Below are positions 18,503 to 28,147 of a stretch of 64,000 nt of DNA, in pieces. How positions within the stretch are numbered: the first letter of the stretch is position 1; each line of letters opens with the position of its first letter. Origin of the DNA: Christensenellales bacterium (GTDB lineage: Bacteria > Bacillota > Clostridia > Christensenellales > MGBC116941). The DNA lies in the NCBI GenBank assembly GCA_050945795.1, contig JBMNTP010000007.1:864-64863 (forward strand), given 5' to 3'. The position numbers and the translations under genes are program-made. The notes under the pieces are model-generated. The model was given only the letters and a program-made list of their open reading frames with translations. It was not told where the DNA came from and ran no database searches.

Positions 18503-20676
18503 CCTATAATTTTCATAGGCGCGTAAGCGGCCATAAGCTTTTTGATGCCCTGCCCGCCAAACGCCACAGATACCATCATATTATCCCCATTACCGCTCAC
18601 CGCGATAACAGTTCCCTCACCAAATTTATCATGCATAACCTTAGATGACACCTTAAAGCTGCCGGCAGACACTTTTTTAGGCTGCACAGCCGGCGGCCGA
18701 TGCACAGAGCCCCACGACTCCTGCCTCGTCCGCGGCGCGCTCGCAGATGTTACAACGCTCTTAGATGCCGCCGCAACTTCAATCAGGCTGTCGTCTATCT
18801 CTGCTAAAAACCTTGAAGGAAGGTTATACATTGTGCTGCCGAACAGCATTCTTAAAGCGGCATAAGACAGAAATATCCGCTGCTCCGCCCTTGTTATGCC
18901 GACATAGCACAGCCGCCTTTCCTCCTCAAGCTTGTCCTCATCATGCAACGAGCGGCTGGACGGGAAAATATTTTCCTCCATCCCCGCAATAAATACAACG
19001 GGAAACTCCAGCCCCTTAGCCGAATGCAACGTCATCAGCGAGACGCCCTTTTTGCCTTCCATGCTGTCAATATCGCTTATAAGGGCGATGTTATCGAGGT
19101 AGTCTCCGAGCGAAGCCTCCTCACCTGCCGCCTGCTCAAACTCTGAAACGGCGCCGAGAAATTCCTTAACGTTTTCAGCCTTCATTCTGTTTTCTTCGCT
19201 GTTTTGATACTGCTCTAAAAATGCAGTAGCGTCTATCAGACGTGAAACAAATTCCGAAGGCGGTTGCGTCGCGGCTAAAGGTATTAGCTCGCTCATAAGC
19301 TCGGCGAATTTTCCTACCGACCGCTTCGCCGCCGTTTTAAGCGGCAGCTCTTCATATGAAAGTATGGTGGCGAAAAGCGGCTCGCCGCGCTGCTCTGAGA
19401 GCCTTGTAAGCTCGGAGATAGTAGTATTGCCTATGCCGCGCCTTGGCACATTTATAATCCGCCTAAGGCTTATCTCATCCGCCGGATTCACGCAGCAGCG
19501 CATATACGCTACTATATCTTTTATCTCACGCCTGTCATAGAACTTCATGCCGCCGTACACGCTGTACGGTATGCCGTAGCGCATAAGCGTTTCTTCAATA
19601 ACACGCGACTGCGCGTTCATACGGTATAAAATAGCGAAGTCCTCAAGCGCCCTGCCCTCGTTGTTCATAAGATAGTCGATTATCTCGCATATAAACACCG
19701 CCTCGGCGCGCTCGTCCGATGCCTTTATAACGCCAATCTTCTCTCCGCTGCCGGAATCTGTCCAAAGCTTTTTTTGCTTTCTTCCTGTATTGTTGCATAT
19801 AACGCAATTAGCCGCCGACAGTATATTGCCGCTGCTCCTGTAATTCTGCTCAAGCCTTATGACCTTGGCGGAAGGGAAATCCTTCTCAAAGTCAAGTATG
19901 TTTCTTATATTTGCTCCGCGCCAGCCGTAAATAGACTGATCGTCGTCACCTACAACGCATATATTGCCATGCCCCTTAGCAAGCAGCTTAACCATCATAT
20001 ATTGCGTATGGTTTGTATCCTGGTATTCATCGACAAGTATATATCTAAACTGCCCTGCGTACTTTTGGGCTATATCCTCATGCTCTCTTAAAAGGCGCAG
20101 CCCGCATACCAGTAAATCGTCAAAATCCAGCGCGTTTGAAGCCTTCAGCTTTTGTGAATACCTCTCAAATACGCTTCTTACCTCATCGGCAATAGGGTTA
20201 AAGCTGTTATCAAGCGCCCATTCATCCGGCGTTTGGAATTTGTTTTTAGCATCGCTTATCCTGCTCTTTATGTCCCTTGGCTCGTAATAGTCTTCGCTTA
20301 GCCCCAGCTCTTTAAGGCATTCTTTTATCACCGACATCTGATCGGAATCGTCATATATGGAAAAATTTTTTTCATAGCCCAGCTTTTCGATATCTCTTTG
20401 CAGTATCCTAACGCAAAAGCTGTGAAATGTGCTGGCCCAAACTCCGCGTCCCGAGCCTGTAAGCGCGGCTATTCTTTCTTTCATTTCGGCGGCTGCCTTG
20501 TTTGTAAACGTTAAAGCAAGTATCTGCCACGGCGGCACGCCTTCTTCAATCAGCCGCGCGATGCGGTACGTAAGTACTCGGGTTTTGCCGGAACCGGCGC
20601 CGGCAAGTATAAGCAAAGGCCCGTCCCCATGCTCAACCGCCAGCCTTTGCATTTTGTTCAATCCGCCTAAATCCAT
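18499..20676 (-). CDS. pcrA: ATP-dependent DNA helicase PcrA (UvrD family)
   Basis: Motifs AGAGSGKTRVL and VDEYQDTN. 725 aa. pcrA-ligA order as in Bacillus. Confidence 0.95.
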   Translation of the reverse strand: MDLGGLNKMQRLAVEHGDGPLLILAGAGSGKTRVLTYRIARLIEEGVPPWQILALTFTNKAAAEMKERIAALTGSGRGVWASTFHSFCVRILQRDIEKLGYEKNFSIYDDSDQMSVIKECLKELGLSEDYYEPRDIKSRISDAKNKFQTPDEWALDNSFNPIADEVRSVFERYSQKLKASNALDFDDLLVCGLRLLREHEDIAQKYAGQFRYILVDEYQDTNHTQYMMVKLLAKGHGNICVVGDDDQSIYGWRGANIRNILDFEKDFPSAKVIRLEQNYRSSGNILSAANCVICNNTGRKQKKLWTDSGSGEKIGVIKASDERAEAVFICEIIDYLMNNEGRALEDFAILYRMNAQSRVIEETLMRYGIPYSVYGGMKFYDRREIKDIVAYMRCCVNPADEISLRRIINVPRRGIGNTTISELTRLSEQRGEPLFATILSYEELPLKTAAKRSVGKFAELMSELIPLAATQPPSEFVSRLIDATAFLEQYQNSEENRMKAENVKEFLGAVSEFEQAAGEEASLGDYLDNIALISDIDSMEGKKGVSLMTLHSAKGLEFPVVFIAGMEENIFPSSRSLHDEDKLEEERRLCYVGITRAEQRIFLSYAALRMLFGSTMYNLPSRFLAEIDDSLIEVAAASKSVVTSASAPRTRQESWGSVHRPPAVQPKKVSAGSFKVSSKVMHDKFGEGTVIAVSGNGDNMMVSVAFGGQGIKKLMAAYAPMKIIG

Positions 20677-20689
20677 TCTTCCTCCGTTG

Positions 20690-20717
20690 TTAAAAGGCCC
20701 TCTTAGAAAAGAGAGCC
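20690..20717 (-). terminator. putative (leaky) intrinsic terminator after yerC
   Basis: Minus strand reads GGCTCTCTT-TTCT-AAGAGGGCC (9 bp including one G.U) followed by TTTT. It lies directly upstream of the pcrA SD. Confidence 0.45.
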
Positions 20718-20758
20718 GGGTATATTTCTCGTTATGGCATTAGCTAAAACCGGCATTA

Positions 20759-21061
20759 TTAAGGTTTTTCGCTCTCAACACGCTCAAGTATAAGCCGATA
20801 GCCACCTGTGCCGTATTGCAGGCACTTGTTCACCCTGCTTATAGTTGCGGTGCTGGCCTTTGTCCTTTCGGCTATATCATTGTATGTAACGCCGTCCCTT
20901 AAAAGAGCCGCCACCTCTATACGTTGCGCCATAGCCTGCAGCTCGCTTATAGTGCATAAGTCCTCAAAAAAAGCATAGCATTCGTCGGCATTCTTTATTT
21001 CAAGTATAGCCTCGAAAAGCTTGTCCATCTGCGCGTTTTTGATATTCCTGTTTATCTGCAT
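20759..21061 (-). CDS. yerC: TrpR-like YerC/YecD family DNA-binding protein
   Basis: 100 aa, with ...ELQAMAQRIEVAALLRDGVTYNDIAERTKASTATISRVNKCLQYG. Confidence 0.9.
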   Translation of the reverse strand: MQINRNIKNAQMDKLFEAILEIKNADECYAFFEDLCTISELQAMAQRIEVAALLRDGVTYNDIAERTKASTATISRVNKCLQYGTGGYRLILERVESEKP

Positions 21062-21107
21062 GCTCTACCTCCCGGCAGTCGGCTTTATTTGCTCTTGCCT
21101 TTTGTAA

Positions 21108-21135
21108 ATTTTATCACATTATCGTGCGAAATCAA
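21108..21135 (-). promoter_or_regulatory. sigma-A type promoter for yerC
   Basis: Minus strand reads TTGATT, a 16-nt spacer, then TGaTAAAAT. Confidence 0.5.
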
Positions 21136-21148
21136 AGCGCGCCGGAGT

Positions 21149-21766
21149 TTATTCCGGCGCCTTTTCCATTATTCCTATAGATATCTCATACGCGGTACGC
21201 GTTATCTTTGTACCGTCCGGCAAAAGCTTATCGTATTCTCGACTTTGCGCCCTGCCTTCTATAACAATGCGCTCTCCTACCGAAAGGTCGGCAGCGTACC
21301 TGGCGTTACGGCTCCAGGCTATGCAGGGTATATAATCCGATTTTCTGTAAGAACGGTTTACCGCCAAAAGCAAATCGGCAATTTCACGGCCGTACGGCGT
21401 ATGCCGGTAAACAGGCGGCTTGCATATATACCCGTCCAGGTAGATATGGTTAACCGGCACGCTCCCTTCCCCTATGCTTCTGGCGAAAAGTGTAAGGACC
21501 AGCCTGTTGCTGCCTTCTATATATTTGTTATACGAGCGTATCTGTCCTATAATCGATATCCACTCGCCAACGGCGTACATATGCGGCGAAAGGCGGCCGG
21601 AAACGGTTACAGGTATTATGTCAGAGCTTTGGCTCAGCCTTGGCACCTCAAGCATAAGGGTATAAAATTCCTCGCCATAAAGCCTATGATTAAATACGCA
21701 CTCGGAAGCCACTTTCCCGCATACTTCCGCTTTGTTGTTATATAACACATGATCTTCCATACGCAT
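21149..21766 (-). CDS. tandem OB-fold single-stranded-DNA-binding-like protein (no acidic C-terminal tip)
   Basis: 205 aa with two SSB-like OB halves (about 1-100 and 105-200). SD AAGGAG lies 6 nt before ATG 21766. Confidence 0.6.
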   Translation of the reverse strand: MRMEDHVLYNNKAEVCGKVASECVFNHRLYGEEFYTLMLEVPRLSQSSDIIPVTVSGRLSPHMYAVGEWISIIGQIRSYNKYIEGSNRLVLTLFARSIGEGSVPVNHIYLDGYICKPPVYRHTPYGREIADLLLAVNRSYRKSDYIPCIAWSRNARYAADLSVGERIVIEGRAQSREYDKLLPDGTKITRTAYEISIGIMEKAPE

Positions 21767-21833
21767 GTATAGCTCCTTCCGGCTGCAATGGCGTCTCTAA
21801 TCATGCATATGCGTATAGATATATATTTATGCA

Positions 21834-22589
21834 TCAGGATGTCTTGCGCTGTACACCGTTGTTGTCAACATACGTTTCTCCGTCGAGCAGCAGCTCGGAT
21901 ATAGTAACAAACTCATACCCCTCCGCCTTAAGCTTTTCAATAAGCACCGGCATGTATGTAAGCACATGCTCGGCGTCGTTGTGCGAGAGTATAATGCCGC
22001 CGGGGCTAATGCGCTTCATAACGCGGTTTACAATGTTGTCGGGTGTATCCTTTTTCCAGTCAATGCTATCCGCCGACCATTGAACTACCTCCATGTCCAT
22101 GCCCCTTACCGTTGATACCACCAAATTGTTATACTCGCCATAAGGCGGCCTAAACAGTTTACATTCCACCTGCGCTATATCGTATATTTTGTCGTTTACA
22201 GATTTAACCTCCTTTATTATTTCCTGCGTACCAAGGCTGTTCATATGCAGATGATTATCGCCGTGATTGCCCAGCTCATGGCCGTGGCTGACAATGTCGA
22301 GCAGTTCCTCGGGGTTTGCGTCCACCCATATGCCGCAAAGGAAAAATGTAGTCTTTACATCATGCTCGTCGAATATCTCCATCAGCTCATGCGTTTTCTC
22401 TCCGCTCCATGCCGCGTCAAGGCTTAACGCAATCTTCTTATCGTTTCTCTCAACGCTGTATACAGGTATCTCCCGCTTTCGCGCCGACGCCTCCACCGCC
22501 GGCGCCACTCCGAGCGCCACGCCCAGCGCCACCAGCAACACCGCCGCCGCAATTACCATATGCCTCTTTTTTATTATTACCACTCTCAT
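21834..22589 (-). CDS. polysaccharide deacetylase family protein (NodB/CE4; PdaB-like)
   Basis: Signal anchor MRVVIIKKRHMVIAAAVLLVALGVALG and NodB motifs (TFFLCG..., HGHELGNHGDNH). ATG 22589 has GGGAGG upstream; the 58-aa N-terminal extension in the track ORF is unsupported. Confidence 0.88.
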   Translation of the reverse strand: MRVVIIKKRHMVIAAAVLLVALGVALGVAPAVEASARKREIPVYSVERNDKKIALSLDAAWSGEKTHELMEIFDEHDVKTTFFLCGIWVDANPEELLDIVSHGHELGNHGDNHLHMNSLGTQEIIKEVKSVNDKIYDIAQVECKLFRPPYGEYNNLVVSTVRGMDMEVVQWSADSIDWKKDTPDNIVNRVMKRISPGGIILSHNDAEHVLTYMPVLIEKLKAEGYEFVTISELLLDGETYVDNNGVQRKTS

Positions 22590-22764
22590 GTCGGCACCTC
22601 CCGTCGATAAAATACATATGCCAAAACCCATCTCATTATTGCTGTGTACCACTAAAAACACTATGGTTTGTAAGCGCCAGAGCCTCGATTTACCAGTAAG
22701 GGCATTTTCAAAGAAAACTAATAAGCATAAAAACTTATTGCTTATAAATCCATTTGTACGCAAT

Positions 22765-22789
22765 TAAAAAAGGCCGCAATCGCGACCTT
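22765..22789 (-). terminator. rho-independent terminator downstream of larC
   Basis: Minus strand reads AAGGTCGC-GATT-GCGGCCTT followed by TTTTTAATT. Confidence 0.6.
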
Positions 22790-22887
22790 TGCAAAAACCC
22801 TTATCAACCCAATCAATTTTTTGTACTACCTTTTCTTTTTCTAAATACCCGTCCGGGCATAGAGAAAAGGAGGAATACGTTCCCGCC

Positions 22888-24222
22888 CTAATCGGAATCT
22901 TTTACCGACGACAAGTTAGAAACAACCTCGCCGTATACATCTTTAAGCGGCACTCCGGCTTTCCTCGCCGCAGCTGCGCAATCTTCATATTCCGGCGTAA
23001 ACCGCCAACCTCGGGCGGTCTTAACTTTTTTTACCGTTATAGAGCCGTACAGCGTTTGAACTACGGCGGTATCACGCTCCAGCTCTCTGCGTTCATACGG
23101 GCATATCCTAACGCCTATAGTAGAGGTGTTCTCAATAACGCACTCGCATACATCCTCAAGTTTATCAGTACGGCAAATAGCAGATATTATAACACCCGGC
23201 CTGTTCTTTTTCATATATATAGGCGTAAACCAGGCATCGAGTGCTCCGGCTTCCGGCAGCCTTTCAAGTGCGAACCCCAGCTCCTCGCCGGTTGAATCAT
23301 CAATATTTGCCTCAATTAAGTATATTTGGCCAAGCTTATGCCTGTCTTCGGCCTCGCCAAGTATAACGCGCAGACAATTAGGTGAGCCGGTTTCTTTCTT
23401 GCCAAGCCCGTATCCCGTTTTTATAAGCTTCATCTGCGGTATAGACTCAAATTGCGCGTAATGCATCACTATGGCGGCCCCTGTCGGAGTGACGCGCTCG
23501 CCGTCCCCGCTTTGGTAGATCGGCGCACCCATAAGCAGTTCCGCCACCGCCGGCGCCGGCACCGGCAACAGCCCGTGCGCACATAAAACAGTGCCGCCGC
23601 CCACATTAAGAGGCGAGCAAACCACTTTATCCGGCGCTATATAATCCATAAGTATAGCCGACCCAACTATATCAACAATAGCGTCGACCGCGCCCACCTC
23701 ATGGAAATGCACGCTCTCTATGTCGGTGCCATGAACCTTTGCCTCCGCCGCACCAAGCCTTCTAAAAATGCCGACGGCCGCCTCTTTAACATTATCCGAC
23801 AAACCGCTGCCGTATATAATCTTCTCTATATCAGATAAACTCCTGCCATGCGCATGATCGTGCTTATGCACTTCATTATGTCCATGACAATATTCATGCT
23901 CATGCTCATGAGAATGCTTGTGTTCGTGTCCATGTTCATGAGAATGCCCATGCTCGTGCGAATGTCCATGTTCATGCGTATGATCATGTTCGCACGAATG
24001 CGAATGGCTGTGCTTTTGGGTAAGCCGTACATCAACATCGCAGCCGGCTATTCCGGCCGACTTACGCCTTGAAATTATAAGCTCAAACTCGTCTGATATA
24101 CCCAGCTTTTCAACCCCCTGCCTAAGCCGGCTTTCGCCCTCCTCGCCGCATATGTCAAGCAACGCGCCCAGCGTCATATCGCCACTTATGCCGGAAAAGC
24201 CATCAAAGTAAAGTGTTTTCAT
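22888..24222 (-). CDS. larC: nickel-pincer cofactor biosynthesis protein LarC (nickel insertase), full-length fused form
   Basis: MKTLYFDGFSGISGDMTLGALLD N-terminus, an approximately 55-aa His-rich Ni-binding tract (HSHSHSCEHDHTHEHGHSHEHGHSHEHGHEHKHSHEHEHE...), and the C-terminal LarC2-type domain. Confidence 0.9.
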   Translation of the reverse strand: MKTLYFDGFSGISGDMTLGALLDICGEEGESRLRQGVEKLGISDEFELIISRRKSAGIAGCDVDVRLTQKHSHSHSCEHDHTHEHGHSHEHGHSHEHGHEHKHSHEHEHEYCHGHNEVHKHDHAHGRSLSDIEKIIYGSGLSDNVKEAAVGIFRRLGAAEAKVHGTDIESVHFHEVGAVDAIVDIVGSAILMDYIAPDKVVCSPLNVGGGTVLCAHGLLPVPAPAVAELLMGAPIYQSGDGERVTPTGAAIVMHYAQFESIPQMKLIKTGYGLGKKETGSPNCLRVILGEAEDRHKLGQIYLIEANIDDSTGEELGFALERLPEAGALDAWFTPIYMKKNRPGVIISAICRTDKLEDVCECVIENTSTIGVRICPYERRELERDTAVVQTLYGSITVKKVKTARGWRFTPEYEDCAAAARKAGVPLKDVYGEVVSNLSSVKDSD

Positions 24223-24980
24223 TTGTATTCCTCCACCAGGCGAATTATAGCCGCGGCATTACAGGCGGCGCCAAATCCGTTGTCTATATTAACCACCGTC
24301 ATGCCGGATGAGCAGCTATTAAGCATTGTAAGCATAGCAGCTACGCCCTTCATGCTAGAGCCATACCCTACGCTGGTAGGTACGGCAATAACCGGACGGT
24401 CGGTAAGCCCGGCTACAACGCTGGCCAGCGCCCCTTCCATACCCGCTACAGCTATTATAACTCCCGCACCTATAATATCATCAAGTCGTGACAGCAGGCG
24501 ATATAATCCCGCCACCCCGACATCATACGCCCTTTTAACATTAAGCCCCAGCGCCTCCGCCATAATCGCCGCTTCTTCGGCTACAGGCTGATCGCTGGTG
24601 CCGCCCGTCATTATAAGCACATAAGGGCCGGACGGCTCAATCGGCTCCGGCCGCGCTATTACTATGCGCGCGCTTTCGTGATAAACAACAGGGCAAAGGC
24701 TTGCCGCCGCTTCATGCATTTCCTTTGAGGCTCGCGTCATTATAATGCTGCCCGTCGTATTCTCAAGCATATTTTTTAGTATGCCGTAAAGCTGTTTTGG
24801 TGTTTTGCCCTCGCAGTATATAACTTCTCCGTAGCCTTTTAGTACCGAGCGGTGCATGTCGGGTTTGGCGTAGTCCAGCTCGTTAAAAGGCGACAGCCTT
24901 ATTAGCTTTTCCGCTTCCTCCGGCGGCGTCCCCCCGCTTGCCACAAGTTCAAGAAGTTTGCGCAATTCTTTTTTTGTCAT
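24219..24980 (-). CDS. larB: nickel-pincer cofactor biosynthesis protein LarB (PurE-like NaAD carboxylase/hydrolase)
   Basis: 253 aa with a PurE/AIR-carboxylase fold C-terminal half (IMTGGTSDQPVAEEA..., AVAGMEGALASVVAG). ATGA overlap with larC. Confidence 0.88.
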   Translation of the reverse strand: MTKKELRKLLELVASGGTPPEEAEKLIRLSPFNELDYAKPDMHRSVLKGYGEVIYCEGKTPKQLYGILKNMLENTTGSIIMTRASKEMHEAAASLCPVVYHESARIVIARPEPIEPSGPYVLIMTGGTSDQPVAEEAAIMAEALGLNVKRAYDVGVAGLYRLLSRLDDIIGAGVIIAVAGMEGALASVVAGLTDRPVIAVPTSVGYGSSMKGVAAMLTMLNSCSSGMTVVNIDNGFGAACNAAAIIRLVEEYK

Positions 24981-24991
24981 TTTCCGCTCCT

Positions 24992-25017
24992 GAAAAAGGC
25001 CGGCGTTTTGCCGGCCA
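24992..25017 (-). terminator. rho-independent terminator after guaB
   Basis: Minus strand reads GGCCGGC-AAAAC-GCCGGCC followed by TTTTTC. It ends only about 12 nt before the larB ATG. Confidence 0.7.
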
Positions 25018-25031
25018 GATTTTTATGATTG

Positions 25032-26507
<1,476 letters not shown>

Positions 26508-26535
26508 TTATAAAGTCTCAAAATAATTGTCAGCT

Positions 26536-26564
26536 ATTTTATCAAAAGTCATAAGGCGTGTCAA
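26536..26564 (-). promoter_or_regulatory. consensus sigma-A promoter for guaB
   Basis: Minus strand reads TTGACA (26564-26559), a 17-nt spacer, then TGaTAAAAT (-10 at 26541-26536). Confidence 0.7.
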
Positions 26565-27416
26565 TCATTTACCGATGCCCGCCTCGCGCGCGTAATAAAA
26601 AAGGTACTGCTGCGCCAGACCGCCAAGCCCTTTAAATTTCTCTAACGCGAATTTATCTATCTCAGCCGGCTTTTCAAGGCCGTATATATCCTTCATAACC
26701 CTTTTAACCCATACATCTATCGGAAATGCCTGCATAAAGCCCAAAGAAAACAACTGCACGCACGCCGCCACCTTAGGCCCTATACCGGGAAAGCGCGTAA
26801 GCTCACGGCATGACGCCTGTAAAGGTAAATTCCTAAATTTGTCAAAATCGCAGTCTATCGCCATCTCGGCGCTTTGCTTTATATAAGGCGCTCTATAACC
26901 TACGCCGCACTCCTCAAGCTGCTCAACCGTAACAGAGGCCAGCCTTTCGGGCGTAGGGAAGGCATATCCCTCGCCGCCTGTAAGCATATCGCCGCATAGC
27001 TCGCATATGCGGTTTATGCTGCGGCTTATCCTGCCCATATTATTGTTCGATGATATTATAAACGAAATCATCGTTTCAAACGGCTCTTGGTTAAGTATTC
27101 TTACCCCCCAGCCATGAAGTATGCCCTTGGCCATGAATTCATCAGTGCAAAGTTGCTTTTTGGCAAGAGAATAATCGTGTAAAAGGTCGAAATAGTTGAG
27201 CCAAATATCGTAGAAATCCTCCCTCGAACATGGCCATATTTCAATATCTGCTCCATTGCGCTTAACATTTATAAAGCGCTTGTGGGCGATACCGCTCCAT
27301 ACTCCTCCCTCGCCTGTGAATCTAAAAGCCTGGCCGCAGGAAAAAATCTGTTCGGGGCAAAAGTCATCGATATTTTTTACTATAGCTTTGTTGTCTATAA
27401 ACTCAAAATTATTCAT
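26565..27416 (-). CDS. ogg: 8-oxoguanine DNA glycosylase/AP lyase (OGG1-type, HhH-GPD)
   Basis: OGG N-domain plus HhH-GPD (FPGIGPKVAACVQLF). The track start 27473 lies inside the rpsU terminator hairpin, so ATG 27416 (MNNFEFIDNK...) is used instead. Confidence 0.88.
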   Translation of the reverse strand: MNNFEFIDNKAIVKNIDDFCPEQIFSCGQAFRFTGEGGVWSGIAHKRFINVKRNGADIEIWPCSREDFYDIWLNYFDLLHDYSLAKKQLCTDEFMAKGILHGWGVRILNQEPFETMISFIISSNNNMGRISRSINRICELCGDMLTGGEGYAFPTPERLASVTVEQLEECGVGYRAPYIKQSAEMAIDCDFDKFRNLPLQASCRELTRFPGIGPKVAACVQLFSLGFMQAFPIDVWVKRVMKDIYGLEKPAEIDKFALEKFKGLGGLAQQYLFYYAREAGIGK

Positions 27417-27440
27417 ATATTCATTATACACGGTTAGAAA

Positions 27441-27467
27441 ATAAAAACCACCCGATTTTTCGGGTGG
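27441..27467 (-). terminator. rho-independent terminator after rpsU
   Basis: Minus strand reads CCACCCGA-AAAA-TCGGGTGG (perfect 8 bp) followed by TTTTTATTTT. Confidence 0.85.
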
Positions 27468-27480
27468 CCTCATTTTCTGC

Positions 27481-27654
27481 TTAGAACTTCCTTTTTCTAG
27501 CTGCCTCAGCCTTTTTCTTCCTTCTTACGCTGGGCTTCTCGTAATGTTCCCTTCTCCTGATTTCGGCAAGGGTACCGGCACGGGCGCATTTACGCTTGAA
27601 ACGCTTCAACGCACTTTCAAGTGTTTCATTCTCGCCAACATGAATTTCCGACAT
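27481..27654 (-). CDS. rpsU: 30S ribosomal protein S21
   Basis: Below the track cutoff, found by hand: [57 protein letters not shown] (57 aa). SD GGAAGGGGGG upstream. Confidence 0.95.
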   Translation of the reverse strand: MSEIHVGENETLESALKRFKRKCARAGTLAEIRRREHYEKPSVRRKKKAEAARKRKF

Positions 27655-27728
27655 CTAATATCCCCCCTTCCGCCTTTAGCTTAACAAGGATGTCGCACAA
27701 AAGCGGAACCCACTTTTGACACAATAGT

Positions 27729-27757
27729 ATTATACATACCATCGCCAAGCCTGTCAA
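27729..27757 (-). promoter_or_regulatory. consensus sigma-A promoter for rpsU
   Basis: Minus strand reads TTGACA (27757-27752), a 17-nt spacer, then TATAAT (27734-27729). The approximately 68-nt leader contains a CAAAAG/CTTTTG hairpin. Confidence 0.75.
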
Positions 27758-27783
27758 TAAAAAACACCGCTCCACCTTTATCC

Positions 27784-28119
27784 TCAGCCCGGCGGCCATC
27801 CCATAAGCCTGCCGCCAAGAATATGAACATGCAGATGCCAAACGGTTTGATTGCCATCCGCCCCTGTATTTATTACAGTCCTGTATCCGTTTTCAAGCCC
27901 TAGCTGCTTTGCTATTTTAGGCACCGCCGCCATAACGGCGCTAACCGTCTGCTCTTTTCCAGCAGTATCATCAAGCGATTTCATATGCTCTTTAGGTATT
28001 ACCAGCGCATGCACCGGAGCCCTCGGGTCTATATCTTCAAAAGCGAATACATTTTCATCCTCATAAACCTTTTTGCTGGGTATTTCCCCGCTTATTATTT
28101 TACAGAACAAACAGTCCAT
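27784..28119 (-). CDS. HIT-family (histidine triad) nucleotide hydrolase
   Basis: MDCLFCKIISGEIPS... with HLHVHILGG. ATG 28119 has AGAGGGTG upstream; the track start 28200 overlaps mtaB. Confidence 0.92.
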   Translation of the reverse strand: MDCLFCKIISGEIPSKKVYEDENVFAFEDIDPRAPVHALVIPKEHMKSLDDTAGKEQTVSAVMAAVPKIAKQLGLENGYRTVINTGADGNQTVWHLHVHILGGRLMGWPPG

Positions 28120-28147
28120 AAAAACACCCTCTGTCATTTTAATACAA

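Noticed and set aside
21089-21745. A 218-aa plus-strand ORF.
   Set aside because: It is antisense to the SD-supported tandem-OB gene. Its translation is rich in R, Y and F with no features.
23826-24072. Two overlapping ORFs (70 aa on minus, 74 aa on plus) with odd Met-, Ile- and His-rich translations.
   Set aside because: Both are out-of-frame or antisense readings of the CAT/GAG/CAC-repetitive DNA that encodes the His-rich nickel-binding tract of LarC.
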